A stretch of DNA of 64,000 bases from Candidatus Omnitrophota bacterium (GCA_043732705.1 JAYTHE010000029.1:70445-134444), one strand, 5' to 3'. Counted from the stretch's first letter, positions 1 to 9,405 are shown. Numbers and translations are program-made. The notes: generated from the sequence alone by a model not told the origin.

Positions 1-438
1 TTCTTTTTTACCTTGGTCTTCCAATGTTTTGAGACCCAGAAATTTTCCGATGCCGTATTTTGAATGCACGACATAATCACCACGCTCCAAATCTTTCGCG
101 CGAAAAACCGGCTCAAAAAGCGCGAACTGCTCTTCCAGCTTATCAAGTTTCTTTTGAAAAAAATCAGAAACGGGAATCAAAAAGACTTCGTCAAAGTGAG
201 TCATATTGCGGCCGTCGGAAAGCGTAAAATCGCGGATATTCATCACCTTATCGTCCGCGATACGAATACGCACCGGTAAACGGTAAGAAACAGGAAAAAT
301 ATCAAAAGCCGCGCCGCGTTGGGCATATTGGCCGGGCGCCGAGACAGCGCTTACGGGTTGATAGTGTAAAACGCCTAGCTTCTGCTCAAGCTCCTCCACC
401 CGAACTGAATCGCCCACTTGTAAACGGTAAACATCCAT
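1..438 (-). CDS. mfd: Mfd-like transcription-repair coupling factor, N-terminal portion (ORF starts at ATG 438-436; 3' end runs off window start)
   Basis: Manual translation of minus strand: MDVYRLQVGD...GQYAQRGAAFDIFP...GDYVVHSKYGIGKFLGL matches Mfd D2/D3 and RNAP-interaction (CarD-like) motifs; in-frame TAG 4 codons upstream of the Met. Confidence 0.5.
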   Translation of the reverse strand, partial: MDVYRLQVGDSVRVEELEQKLGVLHYQPVSAVSAPGQYAQRGAAFDIFPVSYRLPVRIRIADDKVMNIRDFTLSDGRNMTHFDEVFLIPVSDFFQKKLDKLEEQFALFEPVFRAKDLERGDYVVHSKYGIGKFLGLKTLEDQGKKE

Positions 439-505
439 GCGGTTAATCTAGCAAAAGCGGAAAATTATTAAATCGGGGAAATGGATGTGATTATGCGTGA
501 GCGCC

Positions 506-580
506 GGTTGCACCTTAACAGGGCAGAATATAACTATGCGTGAGTACCGGTTGCGCCTTGGCGCAGAGGTAAAATAAACT
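506..580. repeat. palindromic element (PE) family GGTTGNGC-loop-GCN'CAGAG: one degenerate copy (506-533) + one full copy (546-580) inside aspC-like 3' end
   Basis: ccggttgcgc cttg gcgcagaggtaaaataaac. Confidence 0.7.
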
Positions 581-1739
581 GTGCCATACGGCGAACGGCT
601 TCTTCAATATCTTTTTCGCTCGTCGCATAACTGACGCGAATATGTTTAGCACTCCCAAAGGGTTCGCCCGGCACCACCGCCAAATGCGCTTTCTCAAGCA
701 GTAATTCAGAGAGCTGCAATCCGGTCATGCCGGTATCCGCGATATTAATAAAAAGATAAAAAGCTCCTTCGGGACGAAAAGGTTTCAAAGAAGGAATCGC
801 TTTCAACAAATTGATGAAAAGATCCCGGCGCTTTTCATAAACCGCGCACATTTTTGCGGCTTCCGTATCGCCTTGATCAAGCGCCGTAATGCCGCCGGCC
901 TGCGCGAAAGAATTGGGGTTGGATGTTGAATGGCTTTGAAAGCTGGCGACGGCTTTGGCAAGCGGTTTATCGGGAATACCGGCATAACCCAAACGCCAGC
1001 CGGTCATCGCATAGGCCTTGCTATGGCCGTTTACAACGATGGTACGGGCGGCAATCTCCGCATCCAACGAAGCGATCGAAACGGCTTTAATTCCGCCAAA
1101 AGTAAGCTTCTCATAAATTTCATCACTCAAAATCTGGACATGCGGATTTTTTTTCAAAACGGGAATTAAAGCCCGCAATTCTTTTTCGGAATAAACTGCG
1201 CCCGTCGGATTAGACGGCGAATTTAAAATTAAAAGTTTGGTCTGAGGTGTAATACTTTTTTCAAGCATCGCAGGCGTGATTTTAAACCCGGTAGCTTCCG
1301 TTGTTTCAATCAAAACACTTTTAGCGCCGCACAAAATGGCCATTTCCGGGTAGCTGAGCCAAAACGGCGAAGGAATCAGAACTTCATCACCGGGATTAAG
1401 CATGGCATAAAACACATTAAAAATAACATGCTTCGCTCCGCAGCCAACCACAACTTGTTCGGGTTCAAAAGTAAGGCCTTGGTCGCGCTTAAATTTACGA
1501 ATGACCGCCTGTTTAATTTCAGGAGTACCGGTTTCGGGAGTATATTTTGTGGCGCCTTTTTGAAGGGCTTGAATCGCTGAATCTTTGATGAATTGCGGTG
1601 TATCGAAATCCGGCTCACCCGCGCTGAGAGAGATGACATCCAAACCTTGTGCGCGCATCGCTTTCGCTTTGGCAGCAATACCCAGGGTGAGAGAAGGCTT
1701 TACGGCTGTAACACGGTCCGAAAGTCTAATTGAACTCAT
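534..1739 (-). CDS. PLP-dependent class I/II aminotransferase (aspartate aminotransferase family)
   Basis: 401-aa ORF; motifs SLSAGEPDFDTP, NPSNPTG, SKAYAMTGWRLGY typical of AspC-family; last ~12 codons encoded by a palindromic repeat element. Confidence 0.85.
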   Translation of the reverse strand: MSSIRLSDRVTAVKPSLTLGIAAKAKAMRAQGLDVISLSAGEPDFDTPQFIKDSAIQALQKGATKYTPETGTPEIKQAVIRKFKRDQGLTFEPEQVVVGCGAKHVIFNVFYAMLNPGDEVLIPSPFWLSYPEMAILCGAKSVLIETTEATGFKITPAMLEKSITPQTKLLILNSPSNPTGAVYSEKELRALIPVLKKNPHVQILSDEIYEKLTFGGIKAVSIASLDAEIAARTIVVNGHSKAYAMTGWRLGYAGIPDKPLAKAVASFQSHSTSNPNSFAQAGGITALDQGDTEAAKMCAVYEKRRDLFINLLKAIPSLKPFRPEGAFYLFINIADTGMTGLQLSELLLEKAHLAVVPGEPFGSAKHIRVSYATSEKDIEEAVRRMAQFILPLRQGATGTHA

Positions 1740-1764
1740 GACTTAACCACCCGTTAAAATTAAA

Positions 1765-1816
1765 CTGCTCTGGGCTTCTCCAACCTTGCGGTTGGGTGGA
1801 AACCCAGAGCAATAAC
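1765..1816. repeat. PE, composite inverted pair (rplQ-aminotransferase spacer)
   Basis: ctgctctgggcttctccaacc / gcggttgggtggaaacccagagc. Confidence 0.8.
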
Positions 1817-1825
1817 AAATCGTGC

Positions 1826-2377
1826 TTACTGTTCGCGTTTGAAGAACTTGCGCAGATTACCGACAAAACCCTTTTTCTTTTCAGGGTCTTTATCTGCCGT
1901 TTTCTCAGAAACTTGCGTTTCTTCGGCCTTTTTGGATTTCTTGTCTGTCGTCGTTACTTCGGCTGCGACTTCTTTTTTAGCAGCAGCTTTTTTAGCTTTT
2001 TTCTTATACACAGGCGCATCAAAAATCTCCGTGAATTCAAGTAAAGCACGCTGCGCACCATCGCCTGTCCGTACTGTCGTTTTCAAAACACGGGTATAAC
2101 CGCCTTTGCGCTCACCGAATTTTGGCAAGATTTGAGTGACAACTTGTTCAGCGGCACGTGCGCATCCCAATTTTGAAATCAGTAAACGGCGTGCATGTAA
2201 ACCACCGCGTTTGGCAAGCGTCACCAAACTATCCACAAAGGCGCTGGTTTCACGCGCTTTGGCATAAGTCGTCACTATGCTTTTGCGATGGATAAGGCTT
2301 TTCGCCAGATTGCGCAAAAGTGCGGTACGGTGATCGGTTGTAACCCCTAATTTTCTTCTCATTTTACGATGGCGCAT
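1826..2377 (-). CDS. rplQ: 50S ribosomal protein L17 with ~50-aa Lys/Ala/Glu-rich C-terminal extension
   Basis: N-terminus MRHRKMRRKLGVTTDHRTALLRNL matches L17; tail KKKAKKAAAKKEVAAE... Confidence 0.95.
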   Translation of the reverse strand: MRHRKMRRKLGVTTDHRTALLRNLAKSLIHRKSIVTTYAKARETSAFVDSLVTLAKRGGLHARRLLISKLGCARAAEQVVTQILPKFGERKGGYTRVLKTTVRTGDGAQRALLEFTEIFDAPVYKKKAKKAAAKKEVAAEVTTTDKKSKKAEETQVSEKTADKDPEKKKGFVGNLRKFFKREQ

Positions 2378-2412
2378 GTCGATACCCTTTTATTTACTGA
2401 CAGTCTAAGCTA

Positions 2413-2478
2413 CGCGGTTGAGCGAAGCTCAGAGCATTAATGGCGGCTGAGACAACGTCTCAGAGCCAAAATATTTAC
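2413..2478. repeat. PE x2 tandem (rpoA-rplQ spacer)
   Basis: cggttgagcgaagctcagagc + ggctgagacaacgtctcagagccaaaatatttac. Confidence 0.8.
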
Positions 2479-2484
2479 TACTGA

Positions 2485-3516
2485 TTACTCCTGTGTCGCG
2501 TTTGCCGTTTCGTTACTTGCGGCAGGCGCTTCAGAAGAAGCTTTGCCCGCGAGGCGCGCGTCCACGTCCATTCCGAGTGAAAGCTGCATCGTCACGAGAA
2601 TAGCATTAATTTCGTTCAGGGATTTTTTGCCGAAATTTTTGTACTTCAGCATTTGCGCTTCGGACTTACGGATCAAATCACCGATAGTCTTGATGTTCGC
2701 GGCCTCTAAACAATTAGCGCTGCGCACGGAAAGCTCAAGTTCGCTGATCGGTTTCGCAACCAAGTCACGGAACCCCTTATCTTCCTCTTCTTCCTCTTCC
2801 TCTTCTTCAGGAATTTCGCCATAGTTGACGAAAATATCGAGGTGGCGCTGAAGAATATTCGAAGCGTAAAGCATCGCTTCTTCAGGATTCATCGCACCAT
2901 TTGTCCAAATTTCGAACGTCAGCTTGTCATAGTCTGTCATTTGACCGACACGTGTGTCTTCAACATTGAAGTTCACTTTTATTACAGGCGAATAAATAGA
3001 GTCGACTGGAACAATTCCGATTGTATCGTCTTCTTTTTTATTTCGTTCAGCGGCAACATATCCACGGCCGCGGCCGATTTCAAGCTCCATTCTAAAAGGA
3101 CGGTCTTTTGAAAGTGTGCAGATCACAAGATCTTTATTCACAATTTCAACGGTTTCGTCAGCTTGAATATCACCCGCTGTAATAGGACCTTCTTTTTTTG
3201 CTTCAAGGATGAGCTTCTTGGCTCCTTTGCCGTGATACTTTAAAACTAACTTTTTGATATTAAGAACGATCTGTGTGCCATCTTCGTAAACGCCATCAAG
3301 CGTTGCGAATTCATGCAGCATCCCGTCAATCTTAATGCTCGTAACTGCAGCACCATCAATCGATGAAATTAAAACACGGCGCAAAGAATTGCCGATGGTT
3401 GTGCCATAACCACGTTCAAAAGGTTCAGCAACAAACTTACCGTATGTCTTGGTCAAAGTTGATTTTTCAACTTCCAGACGCTTTGGCAATTCAAAAGTTT
3501 TCCAACGAATACCCAT
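2485..3516 (-). CDS. rpoA: DNA-directed RNA polymerase alpha subunit (with poly-Glu linker insertion)
   Basis: 343 aa; alpha NTD/CTD motifs; position after rpsD and before rplQ. Confidence 0.95.
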   Translation of the reverse strand: MGIRWKTFELPKRLEVEKSTLTKTYGKFVAEPFERGYGTTIGNSLRRVLISSIDGAAVTSIKIDGMLHEFATLDGVYEDGTQIVLNIKKLVLKYHGKGAKKLILEAKKEGPITAGDIQADETVEIVNKDLVICTLSKDRPFRMELEIGRGRGYVAAERNKKEDDTIGIVPVDSIYSPVIKVNFNVEDTRVGQMTDYDKLTFEIWTNGAMNPEEAMLYASNILQRHLDIFVNYGEIPEEEEEEEEEDKGFRDLVAKPISELELSVRSANCLEAANIKTIGDLIRKSEAQMLKYKNFGKKSLNEINAILVTMQLSLGMDVDARLAGKASSEAPAASNETANATQE

Positions 3517-3540
3517 AACAAACCTCCTAGTACTATTAAA

Positions 3541-3568
3541 TTTTTGCTCTGAGGCTACGCCTCAATCG
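3541..3568. repeat. PE, inverted orientation (rpsD-rpoA spacer)
   Basis: tttttgctctgaggctacgcctcaatcg. Confidence 0.7.
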
Positions 3569-3615
3569 CACTGAAACTATCTAATCTTTTATTTAAAAAA
3601 TCTGTCCGCTCAAAA

Positions 3616-4242
3616 TTATTTAGAGTACAACTCAACAATCATCGACTCTTCAACTGGCAGATTCGCATCCGCTTTAGTCGGCTGACGAAGCACTTCGCCT
3701 TCTAACTTAGAAGCATTAAATGAAAGCCATTCTGGAATCTTCAGGTCATTCCATTTTTCCAAATAATCTTTCACGCGCTTTTGTGTTTTTTCTTTTTCTT
3801 TGACCGAAATTTTATCTCCGGGTTTGACCTGGTAAGAAGGAATGTTAACTTTCTTGCCATTCACTGTTACATGTCCGTGATTCACAAACTGACGTGCTTC
3901 ACGGCGTGTCGTCGCAAAAAGTAAACGGTATGTGACGTTATCCAAACGGCATTCAAGCCGGCGGATCAAATTTTCACCAGTCACGCCTTTTTCACGCGCG
4001 GCACGAACAAAGAAAAGATGAAATTGGCGTTCAAGCAAGCCATAAATTCTCTTCAACTTTTGCTTTTCACGAAACTGAACACCGTAGTCAGACTGCTTGC
4101 GTTGACGTCCTGCGCCATGCTGACCAGGTTTTTTGTCCAGACGCTTTGTGTGCTTATCATCCGTGTCACGGCGGCCTTTAAGCCCAAGATTAATCCCTTC
4201 TGCGCGATGAAGCCGGACAACCGGTCCAATATACTTAGCCAT
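3616..4242 (-). CDS. rpsD: 30S ribosomal protein S4
   Basis: MAKYIGPVVRLHRAEGINL... ; internal Met chosen so that the start abuts the rpsK stop (ORF-track start 4275 judged too long). Confidence 0.9.
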   Translation of the reverse strand: MAKYIGPVVRLHRAEGINLGLKGRRDTDDKHTKRLDKKPGQHGAGRQRKQSDYGVQFREKQKLKRIYGLLERQFHLFFVRAAREKGVTGENLIRRLECRLDNVTYRLLFATTRREARQFVNHGHVTVNGKKVNIPSYQVKPGDKISVKEKEKTQKRVKDYLEKWNDLKIPEWLSFNASKLEGEVLRQPTKADANLPVEESMIVELYSK

Positions 4243-4244
4243 GT

Positions 4245-4613
4245 TCAGACTCTCCTTTTCTTGGGAGGACGGCATCCATTGTGAGGTACCGGCGTAATGT
4301 CGGTAATTGAACTCACATTCAGACCCGCGAGCTGTAATGCACGAATCGCTGATTCACGCCCGCCGCCCGGACCCTTAATAAAAACTTCCACTTCTTTCAT
4401 GCCGAATTCCATCGCTTTTTTAGCCGCTTTTTCAGAAGCAACCTGTGCGGCAAACGGAGTGGATTTTTTTGAACCCGCAAAACCATTCGCACCGGAAGAA
4501 GACCAGCAAACTGTCTGCCCCTTCGGGTCAGAGATAGTCACAATCGTATTATTAAAACTTGCGAAAATATGCACTACACCTTTGGTCAAGTGCTTAATCT
4601 TTTTCTTAGCCAT
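4245..4613 (-). CDS. rpsK: 30S ribosomal protein S11
   Basis: [15 protein letters not shown] motif. Confidence 0.95.
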   Translation of the reverse strand: MAKKKIKHLTKGVVHIFASFNNTIVTISDPKGQTVCWSSSGANGFAGSKKSTPFAAQVASEKAAKKAMEFGMKEVEVFIKGPGGGRESAIRALQLAGLNVSSITDITPVPHNGCRPPKKRRV

Positions 4614-4636
4614 TCTGCATCACTCCTGTTGCGATT

Positions 4637-4670
4637 ATATTTTGCCTCTGAGCCTGACGGCTCAACCGGC
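4637..4670. repeat. PE, inverted orientation (rpsM-rpsK spacer)
   Basis: atattttgcctctgagcctgacggctcaaccggc. Confidence 0.8.
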
Positions 4671-4681
4671 AATCAACTAAA

Positions 4682-5065
4682 TTATTTAGCTACGGGTTTC
4701 TTCGTCAGCCCGCCGATTGTCTTGCGCTTACCCTTGCGAGTACGTGCGTTGGTATGCGTGCGCTGTCCGCGAACCGGAAGCCCTTTAAGATGTCTTAATC
4801 CGCGATAAGTGCGAATATCCATCAAACGCTTGATGTTCTGGTGAATATCACGGCGCAAATCACCTTCGATTTTGCAGTCGCGCTGAAGCACGCCTGTAAT
4901 TGCCGAAAGTTCTGCTTCCGTTAAATCTTTGGCGCGCTTATCAGGATCGACTTTCGCCTTTTCCAAAATTTTGTAGGAAAGCGTGCGGCCTACACCAAAC
5001 AAATACGTAAGAGAGATAAAAGTTTTTTTGTCTCTCGGAATATCGACACCCAAAATACGCGGCAT
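4682..5065 (-). CDS. rpsM: 30S ribosomal protein S13
   Basis: [14 protein letters not shown]... Confidence 0.95.
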   Translation of the reverse strand: MPRILGVDIPRDKKTFISLTYLFGVGRTLSYKILEKAKVDPDKRAKDLTEAELSAITGVLQRDCKIEGDLRRDIHQNIKRLMDIRTYRGLRHLKGLPVRGQRTHTNARTRKGKRKTIGGLTKKPVAK

Positions 5066-5076
5066 AGTTTCTCCTG

Positions 5077-5190
5077 TTATCCTTGACGTTGCTTATGCTT
5101 CGGATTTGTGCAAATCACATAAACCCGACGCTCGCGTCTTACAATTTTACAATTTTCACAAATTCTTTTTACTGACGAACGTACTTTCAT
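5077..5190 (-). CDS. rpmJ: 50S ribosomal protein L36
   Basis: Manual translation [37 protein letters not shown] (Cys4 zinc ribbon); not in ORF track because <60 aa. Confidence 0.85.
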   Translation of the reverse strand: MKVRSSVKRICENCKIVRRERRVYVICTNPKHKQRQG

Positions 5191-5237
5191 TTTAAACCCC
5201 TTAACCTAACTTATTTTATCTTTACCCAGGCAACCTG

Positions 5238-5268
5238 CCGATTGCGCCGGCGGCGCAGAGGCAAAATG
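5238..5268. repeat. PE (infA-rpmJ spacer), tail overlaps infA stop
   Basis: ccgattgcgccggcggcgcagaggcaaaatg. Confidence 0.75.
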
Positions 5269-5487
5269 TCATTTCACGCGGTAAGTAATTCGCCCGCGGC
5301 TTAAATCATACGGTGAAAGTTCCACCTTAACCGAATCTCCCGGTAAAATGCGGATATAATTCATACGCATTTTTCCCGAAATATGCGCAAGAATAATGTG
5401 CCCATTTTCAAGTTGAACACGAAAGCGAGCATTAGGCAGCGGTTCCACCACTTTACCTTCTACTTCAATCGCTTCTTCTTTGGCCAT
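5269..5487 (-). CDS. infA: translation initiation factor IF-1
   Basis: 72 aa, S1-like fold sequence [30 protein letters not shown]. Confidence 0.95.
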   Translation of the reverse strand: MAKEEAIEVEGKVVEPLPNARFRVQLENGHIILAHISGKMRMNYIRILPGDSVKVELSPYDLSRGRITYRVK

Positions 5488-5539
5488 TATTCTTACTTAT
5501 CTCTCTGTTTCGGCGACTACAACAGTTAAAACTGCTTTG

Positions 5540-6325
5540 CTATTTGACGGTTGGGCATCGCCCAGAGCCAAAGTTGTAATAGCCGCCTGTTAAATTTATA
5601 AATCCGTTTTCCGTAAACGCTATCGTATCTTCATAATGGCTTGCCCAGGAACGGTCTTTCGTTACCACGGTCCAGCCATCCGCTAAAATCTGTACTTCAT
5701 GCGAACCCTGCGTCACCATCGGCTCAATCGCCAAAACTAACCCCGGCTCAATCTTTAACCCTCTGCCCGCTTTCCCATAATTTGGAACCTGCGGTTCTTC
5801 ATGCAAACTTTTTCCGATTCCGTGCCCGACAAAATCTCGCACAACACCGTAACCGCGTGATTCAATATGCGCTTGAATCGCTGCTGACAAATCACCGATT
5901 TGACAGCCCGGTTTATACGCTGCAAGTCCCGCTTCCATTCCACCTTTGGAAGCATCGATCAACTTCTGGGTTTTCGCATCGGCTCCGCCGACGCACCAGG
6001 ATCTTGCCGCATCCGAATAAAAACTTTTGTATATCACTCCAATATCAAAACTTACCAGGTCGCCTTTTTTCAACTTTTTATTTCCCGGAATTCCATGCAC
6101 CACTTCTTCGTTCACCGAGATGCAGGCTACCTTCGGAAAACCGCGATATCCTTTAAATGCGGATGTGCCGCCATTTGCACGAATTATTTTATCCGCAATC
6201 GCGTCCAAATCATTCGTTGTCGCGTTTTCCACAACCGTCGGCTGCACAGCGGCAAAGATCTTTTGTATGATCATCGCCGCTTCCTGCATAATTTCAATCT
6301 CGCGCTTAGATTTAAGCTCGATCAT
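5540..6325 (-). CDS. map: methionine aminopeptidase type I (C-terminal 10 aa encoded by a repeat element)
   Basis: 261 aa; metal-binding D/D/H/E/E motifs (FVGHGIG, LAIEPM); location between adk and infA. Confidence 0.9.
   Translation of the reverse strand: MIELKSKREIEIMQEAAMIIQKIFAAVQPTVVENATTNDLDAIADKIIRANGGTSAFKGYRGFPKVACISVNEEVVHGIPGNKKLKKGDLVSFDIGVIYKSFYSDAARSWCVGGADAKTQKLIDASKGGMEAGLAAYKPGCQIGDLSAAIQAHIESRGYGVVRDFVGHGIGKSLHEEPQVPNYGKAGRGLKIEPGLVLAIEPMVTQGSHEVQILADGWTVVTKDRSWASHYEDTIAFTENGFINLTGGYYNFGSGRCPTVK
5546..5580. repeat. PE inside map 3' coding end
   Basis: gacggttgggcatcgcccagagccaaagttgtaat encodes FGSGRCPTVK. Confidence 0.8.
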
Positions 6326-6981
6326 GCAATCAGACTGAGTTTTTCAAAGAGCTTCGTTATAATCGGCTGCAGTTCCGGAACGTCATAATCGCCCGGAATA
6401 TTTTGCAACAAACCACGTTTTTGATAAAAATTGATCAAAGGCGCTGTTTCATTCTGATAAACATTTAACCGGTTGCGAATCGTTTCCGGCGCGTCATCCT
6501 TGCGCTGAATTAACTTCTCGCCTGTATCATCACAAATACCTTCAACTTTCGGAGGCATATTGCGAATGTGATAAACGCGGCCCGTTGTCGGGTTAACGCG
6601 ACGGCCCGAGAGCCGCTCTAAAATTACTTTTTCCGACGTTTCAAAGTTTAAAACCAAATCCAACGGAATATTTTCTTTCTCAAGAAACTTTTCCAACGCT
6701 TCCGCTTGTCCGAGCGTGCGCGGGTAACCATCCAAAATAAAGCCTTTGCCGCTTGGAAGAGCATTAATCTCGGAAAACATCATTTCATTCACAAGATCAT
6801 CAGAAACTAATGCGCCTTTCTCAATCGTCGAACGCGCTTGAACGCCAAGCCCTGTGCCTTCTTTCATATGCCGCCGCAAAATATCGCCTGTCGCTAGCTG
6901 CGTTAGGTTATATTTGTCTTTCATCACTTTCGCGTGCGTACCTTTTCCCGCTCCCGGGGGGCCTAAAAGAACAATGCGCAT
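6322..6981 (-). CDS. adk: adenylate kinase (with zinc-lid CxxC...CDDTG)
   Basis: MRIVLLGPPGAGKGT P-loop; LID with C..C. Confidence 0.95.
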   Translation of the reverse strand: MRIVLLGPPGAGKGTHAKVMKDKYNLTQLATGDILRRHMKEGTGLGVQARSTIEKGALVSDDLVNEMMFSEINALPSGKGFILDGYPRTLGQAEALEKFLEKENIPLDLVLNFETSEKVILERLSGRRVNPTTGRVYHIRNMPPKVEGICDDTGEKLIQRKDDAPETIRNRLNVYQNETAPLINFYQKRGLLQNIPGDYDVPELQPIITKLFEKLSLIA

Positions 6982-6986
6982 GATGC

Positions 6987-8321
6987 TTAAGCCCGCCGCG
7001 ACTTCAATTTGCCGTGCTTAATGAAACCTTCATAGTGACGCATTAAAAGCTGTGATTCGATTGTTTTCATAGTGTCTAAAATAACACCCACAATAATTAA
7101 AAGCCCGGTGCCGCCGAAAAAACTCGCCACTAAGAAAGGCAATTTTAAAAAATGATTCGATGAAACAACGCTCGGGAAAATCGCGATAAAAAATAATGCG
7201 ATCGCGCCCGAGGCAGCGATACGCGTCACAACAAAATCTAAAAATTCGGCTGTGTTTTTTCCAGGACGAATACCCGGAACAAAGCCGCCTGATTTCTGTA
7301 AATGATCAGCTACTTCTATCGGATTGAAAGTGATCGCTGTATAGAAAAAAGTAAAAAACAAAATTAATGCGCCATAAATAATTGAGTAACCCAAGCTGCC
7401 GTAGCTTAGAAAATGCGCCACGGAAGTTAATGATCCAGCTTGCGGAAAAAATCCCGCGATGGTTGCAGGAAATAAAATAACAGACTGCGCAAAAATAATA
7501 GGGATAACTCCGGCCTGGTTTACCTTCAAAGGAATATAAGTGCTGTTCCCGCCATAAACCCGGCTGCCGCGAATTTGCTTCGCGTGCTGAACAGGAATTT
7601 TTCTTGTCCCCTGAATAATACAGATGACTCCAATAACCGTACCAAAGAAAAGCGCTACCATAATCACAAGCTTCCACCACTGTAACTGGCCGGTGTTAGC
7701 AAGCACAATCGTTTGACGCAAAGCTTCGGGAATCCCGTCGACAATACCCGCCGCAATCAAAATTGAAATTCCATTTCCAATTCCAAATTTATCGATTTGT
7801 TCGCCGAGCCACATAATAAACGCCGTACCCGTCGTCATCGTCAACATCGCCGTTAGACGAAAAGCCCAACCCGGATTCGGGACAATCACTTCATCTTGAA
7901 ACATACGCGGATTTTCAAGCCAAAGCGCAATAAAAAAAGTTTGAATCAATCCCAAAATTACCGTGCCATAACGTGTGTATTGAGTTATTTTTTTACGGCC
8001 TTCTTCGCCTTCCTTCGTCATTTTTTCCAATGCCGGAATAACAACCGCCAAAAGCTGTAAGATAATGGAGGAGGAAACATAGGGCATGATTCCCAAAGCA
8101 AAAATCGACGCCTTTTGAAGCGCTCCACCGGTAAACATGCCCATAAAGCCAAGTAAGTTGCCGCCGCCCATTTTTTGAAAAAAGGCCGCAAGCGCCGCTT
8201 CATCCACGCCCGGAACCGGAACGAAAACGCCCAAGCGATAAACCACAATCATCGCCAAGGTAAAAAGCACCTTGTTGCGAAGTTCGGGGATTTTGAAAAT
8301 ATTTTGAAAGGCTTGCAGCAT
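6987..8321 (-). CDS. secY: preprotein translocase subunit SecY
   Basis: 444 aa, 10 TM, location after rplO. Confidence 0.95.
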   Translation of the reverse strand: MLQAFQNIFKIPELRNKVLFTLAMIVVYRLGVFVPVPGVDEAALAAFFQKMGGGNLLGFMGMFTGGALQKASIFALGIMPYVSSSIILQLLAVVIPALEKMTKEGEEGRKKITQYTRYGTVILGLIQTFFIALWLENPRMFQDEVIVPNPGWAFRLTAMLTMTTGTAFIMWLGEQIDKFGIGNGISILIAAGIVDGIPEALRQTIVLANTGQLQWWKLVIMVALFFGTVIGVICIIQGTRKIPVQHAKQIRGSRVYGGNSTYIPLKVNQAGVIPIIFAQSVILFPATIAGFFPQAGSLTSVAHFLSYGSLGYSIIYGALILFFTFFYTAITFNPIEVADHLQKSGGFVPGIRPGKNTAEFLDFVVTRIAASGAIALFFIAIFPSVVSSNHFLKLPFLVASFFGGTGLLIIVGVILDTMKTIESQLLMRHYEGFIKHGKLKSRRA

Positions 8322-8334
8322 GAAAAGGCTCTTA

Positions 8335-8766
8335 TTACGCTTCGATTAAAACGGCTTTACCGCCGGCTGCTTCGATTTTTGTTTTTGCCGAAGCGCTAAA
8401 AGCATGCGCCTTTACTGTGATAGCTTTTTGAATTTCGCCTGTACCAAGAATTTTGACCGATGCATTCTTTTTACGGATCACGCCATTTTGTACCAAAATT
8501 TCGGGGCTGATATCAGAAACCGTCATTTCAGCCAGCTGATGCAAGTTGACCGCCAAATAGCGCTCCTTCAAATCTTCACGGCTGAATCCGCGTTTTGGCA
8601 GCTTGCGCCAAAGAGGATTTTGTCCACCTTCAAAACCAGCGCGACGGCTATAACCTGAACGCGCTTTTTGACCTTTATGTCCCCTAGTCGAAGTTCCGCC
8701 GTGTCCGGATGAACCTCCGCGGCCAAGACGTTTCGGTTTTTTTTGATACGGCTTTTTTGCTTTCAT
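8335..8766 (-). CDS. rplO: 50S ribosomal protein L15
   Basis: Gly/Arg-rich N-terminus, KLGRGGSSGHGGTSTRGHKG. Confidence 0.9.
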   Translation of the reverse strand: MKAKKPYQKKPKRLGRGGSSGHGGTSTRGHKGQKARSGYSRRAGFEGGQNPLWRKLPKRGFSREDLKERYLAVNLHQLAEMTVSDISPEILVQNGVIRKKNASVKILGTGEIQKAITVKAHAFSASAKTKIEAAGGKAVLIEA

Positions 8767-8782
8767 AATTTTCTTACGCCTT

Positions 8783-8815
8783 TACGGTTGGGCGAAGCCC
8801 AGAGTGAAATATCAC
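8783..8815. repeat. PE (rpsE-rplO spacer; where rpmD would be)
   Basis: tacggttgggcgaagcccagagtgaaatatcac. Confidence 0.8.
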
Positions 8816-9405
8816 AGGCCTTCATAACCAACATCACTTTCTTCTTTTCGAAGGCGCTTATTCACAAGCGATTTTAAACCTTCTACAGTTGCTTTAAAAA
8901 CATTGACTGAGTTATCGCTGCCGAGACTCTTGGTCAAAATATCTTTGATTCCGCAAGATTCACAAACGGCACGAACCGCGCCGCCGGCAATAATTCCCGT
9001 TCCGGGAGCCGCCGGTTTCAAAAGCACTCTTGCTGCGCCGAAACGGCCGACAACTTCATGAGGTATCGTCGTCCCTTTCATAATAATCTTAATCGAACGC
9101 TTACGTGCGGCGGTGACAGCCTTGCGAATTGCATCCGCAACTTCGCCCGCTTTACCCTGGCCAAAACCAAGCTCGCCGTGGCCATTTCCGACCACAACAA
9201 GCGCGCTAAAACTAAAACGCTTACCACCCTTAACAACTTTGGAGGAACGGTTAATATCAACAACCTTTTCAAAATTAGTTGATTTAGCTTCCGGTGTAGA
9301 TCCGTCCAAAACATCCACAACTGCCAATGTCGCAACCGAAGGCACCGCCAAACGTTTTGCGCGTTCTGCTTCGGATTCTTTTTTTGCTTTCAACTTATCT
9401 GCCAT
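8812..9405 (-). CDS. rpsE: 30S ribosomal protein S5 (with ~35-aa N-terminal extension)
   Basis: S5 dsRBD and C-domain motifs ([29 protein letters not shown]); start chosen at MADKLK with SD; L30 gene absent downstream. Confidence 0.9.
   Translation of the reverse strand: MADKLKAKKESEAERAKRLAVPSVATLAVVDVLDGSTPEAKSTNFEKVVDINRSSKVVKGGKRFSFSALVVVGNGHGELGFGQGKAGEVADAIRKAVTAARKRSIKIIMKGTTIPHEVVGRFGAARVLLKPAAPGTGIIAGGAVRAVCESCGIKDILTKSLGSDNSVNVFKATVEGLKSLVNKRLRKEESDVGYEGL

Noticed and set aside
64-279. Plus-strand 71-aa ORF
   Set aside because: Lies antisense inside the Mfd-like gene whose minus-strand translation gives clear conserved motifs.
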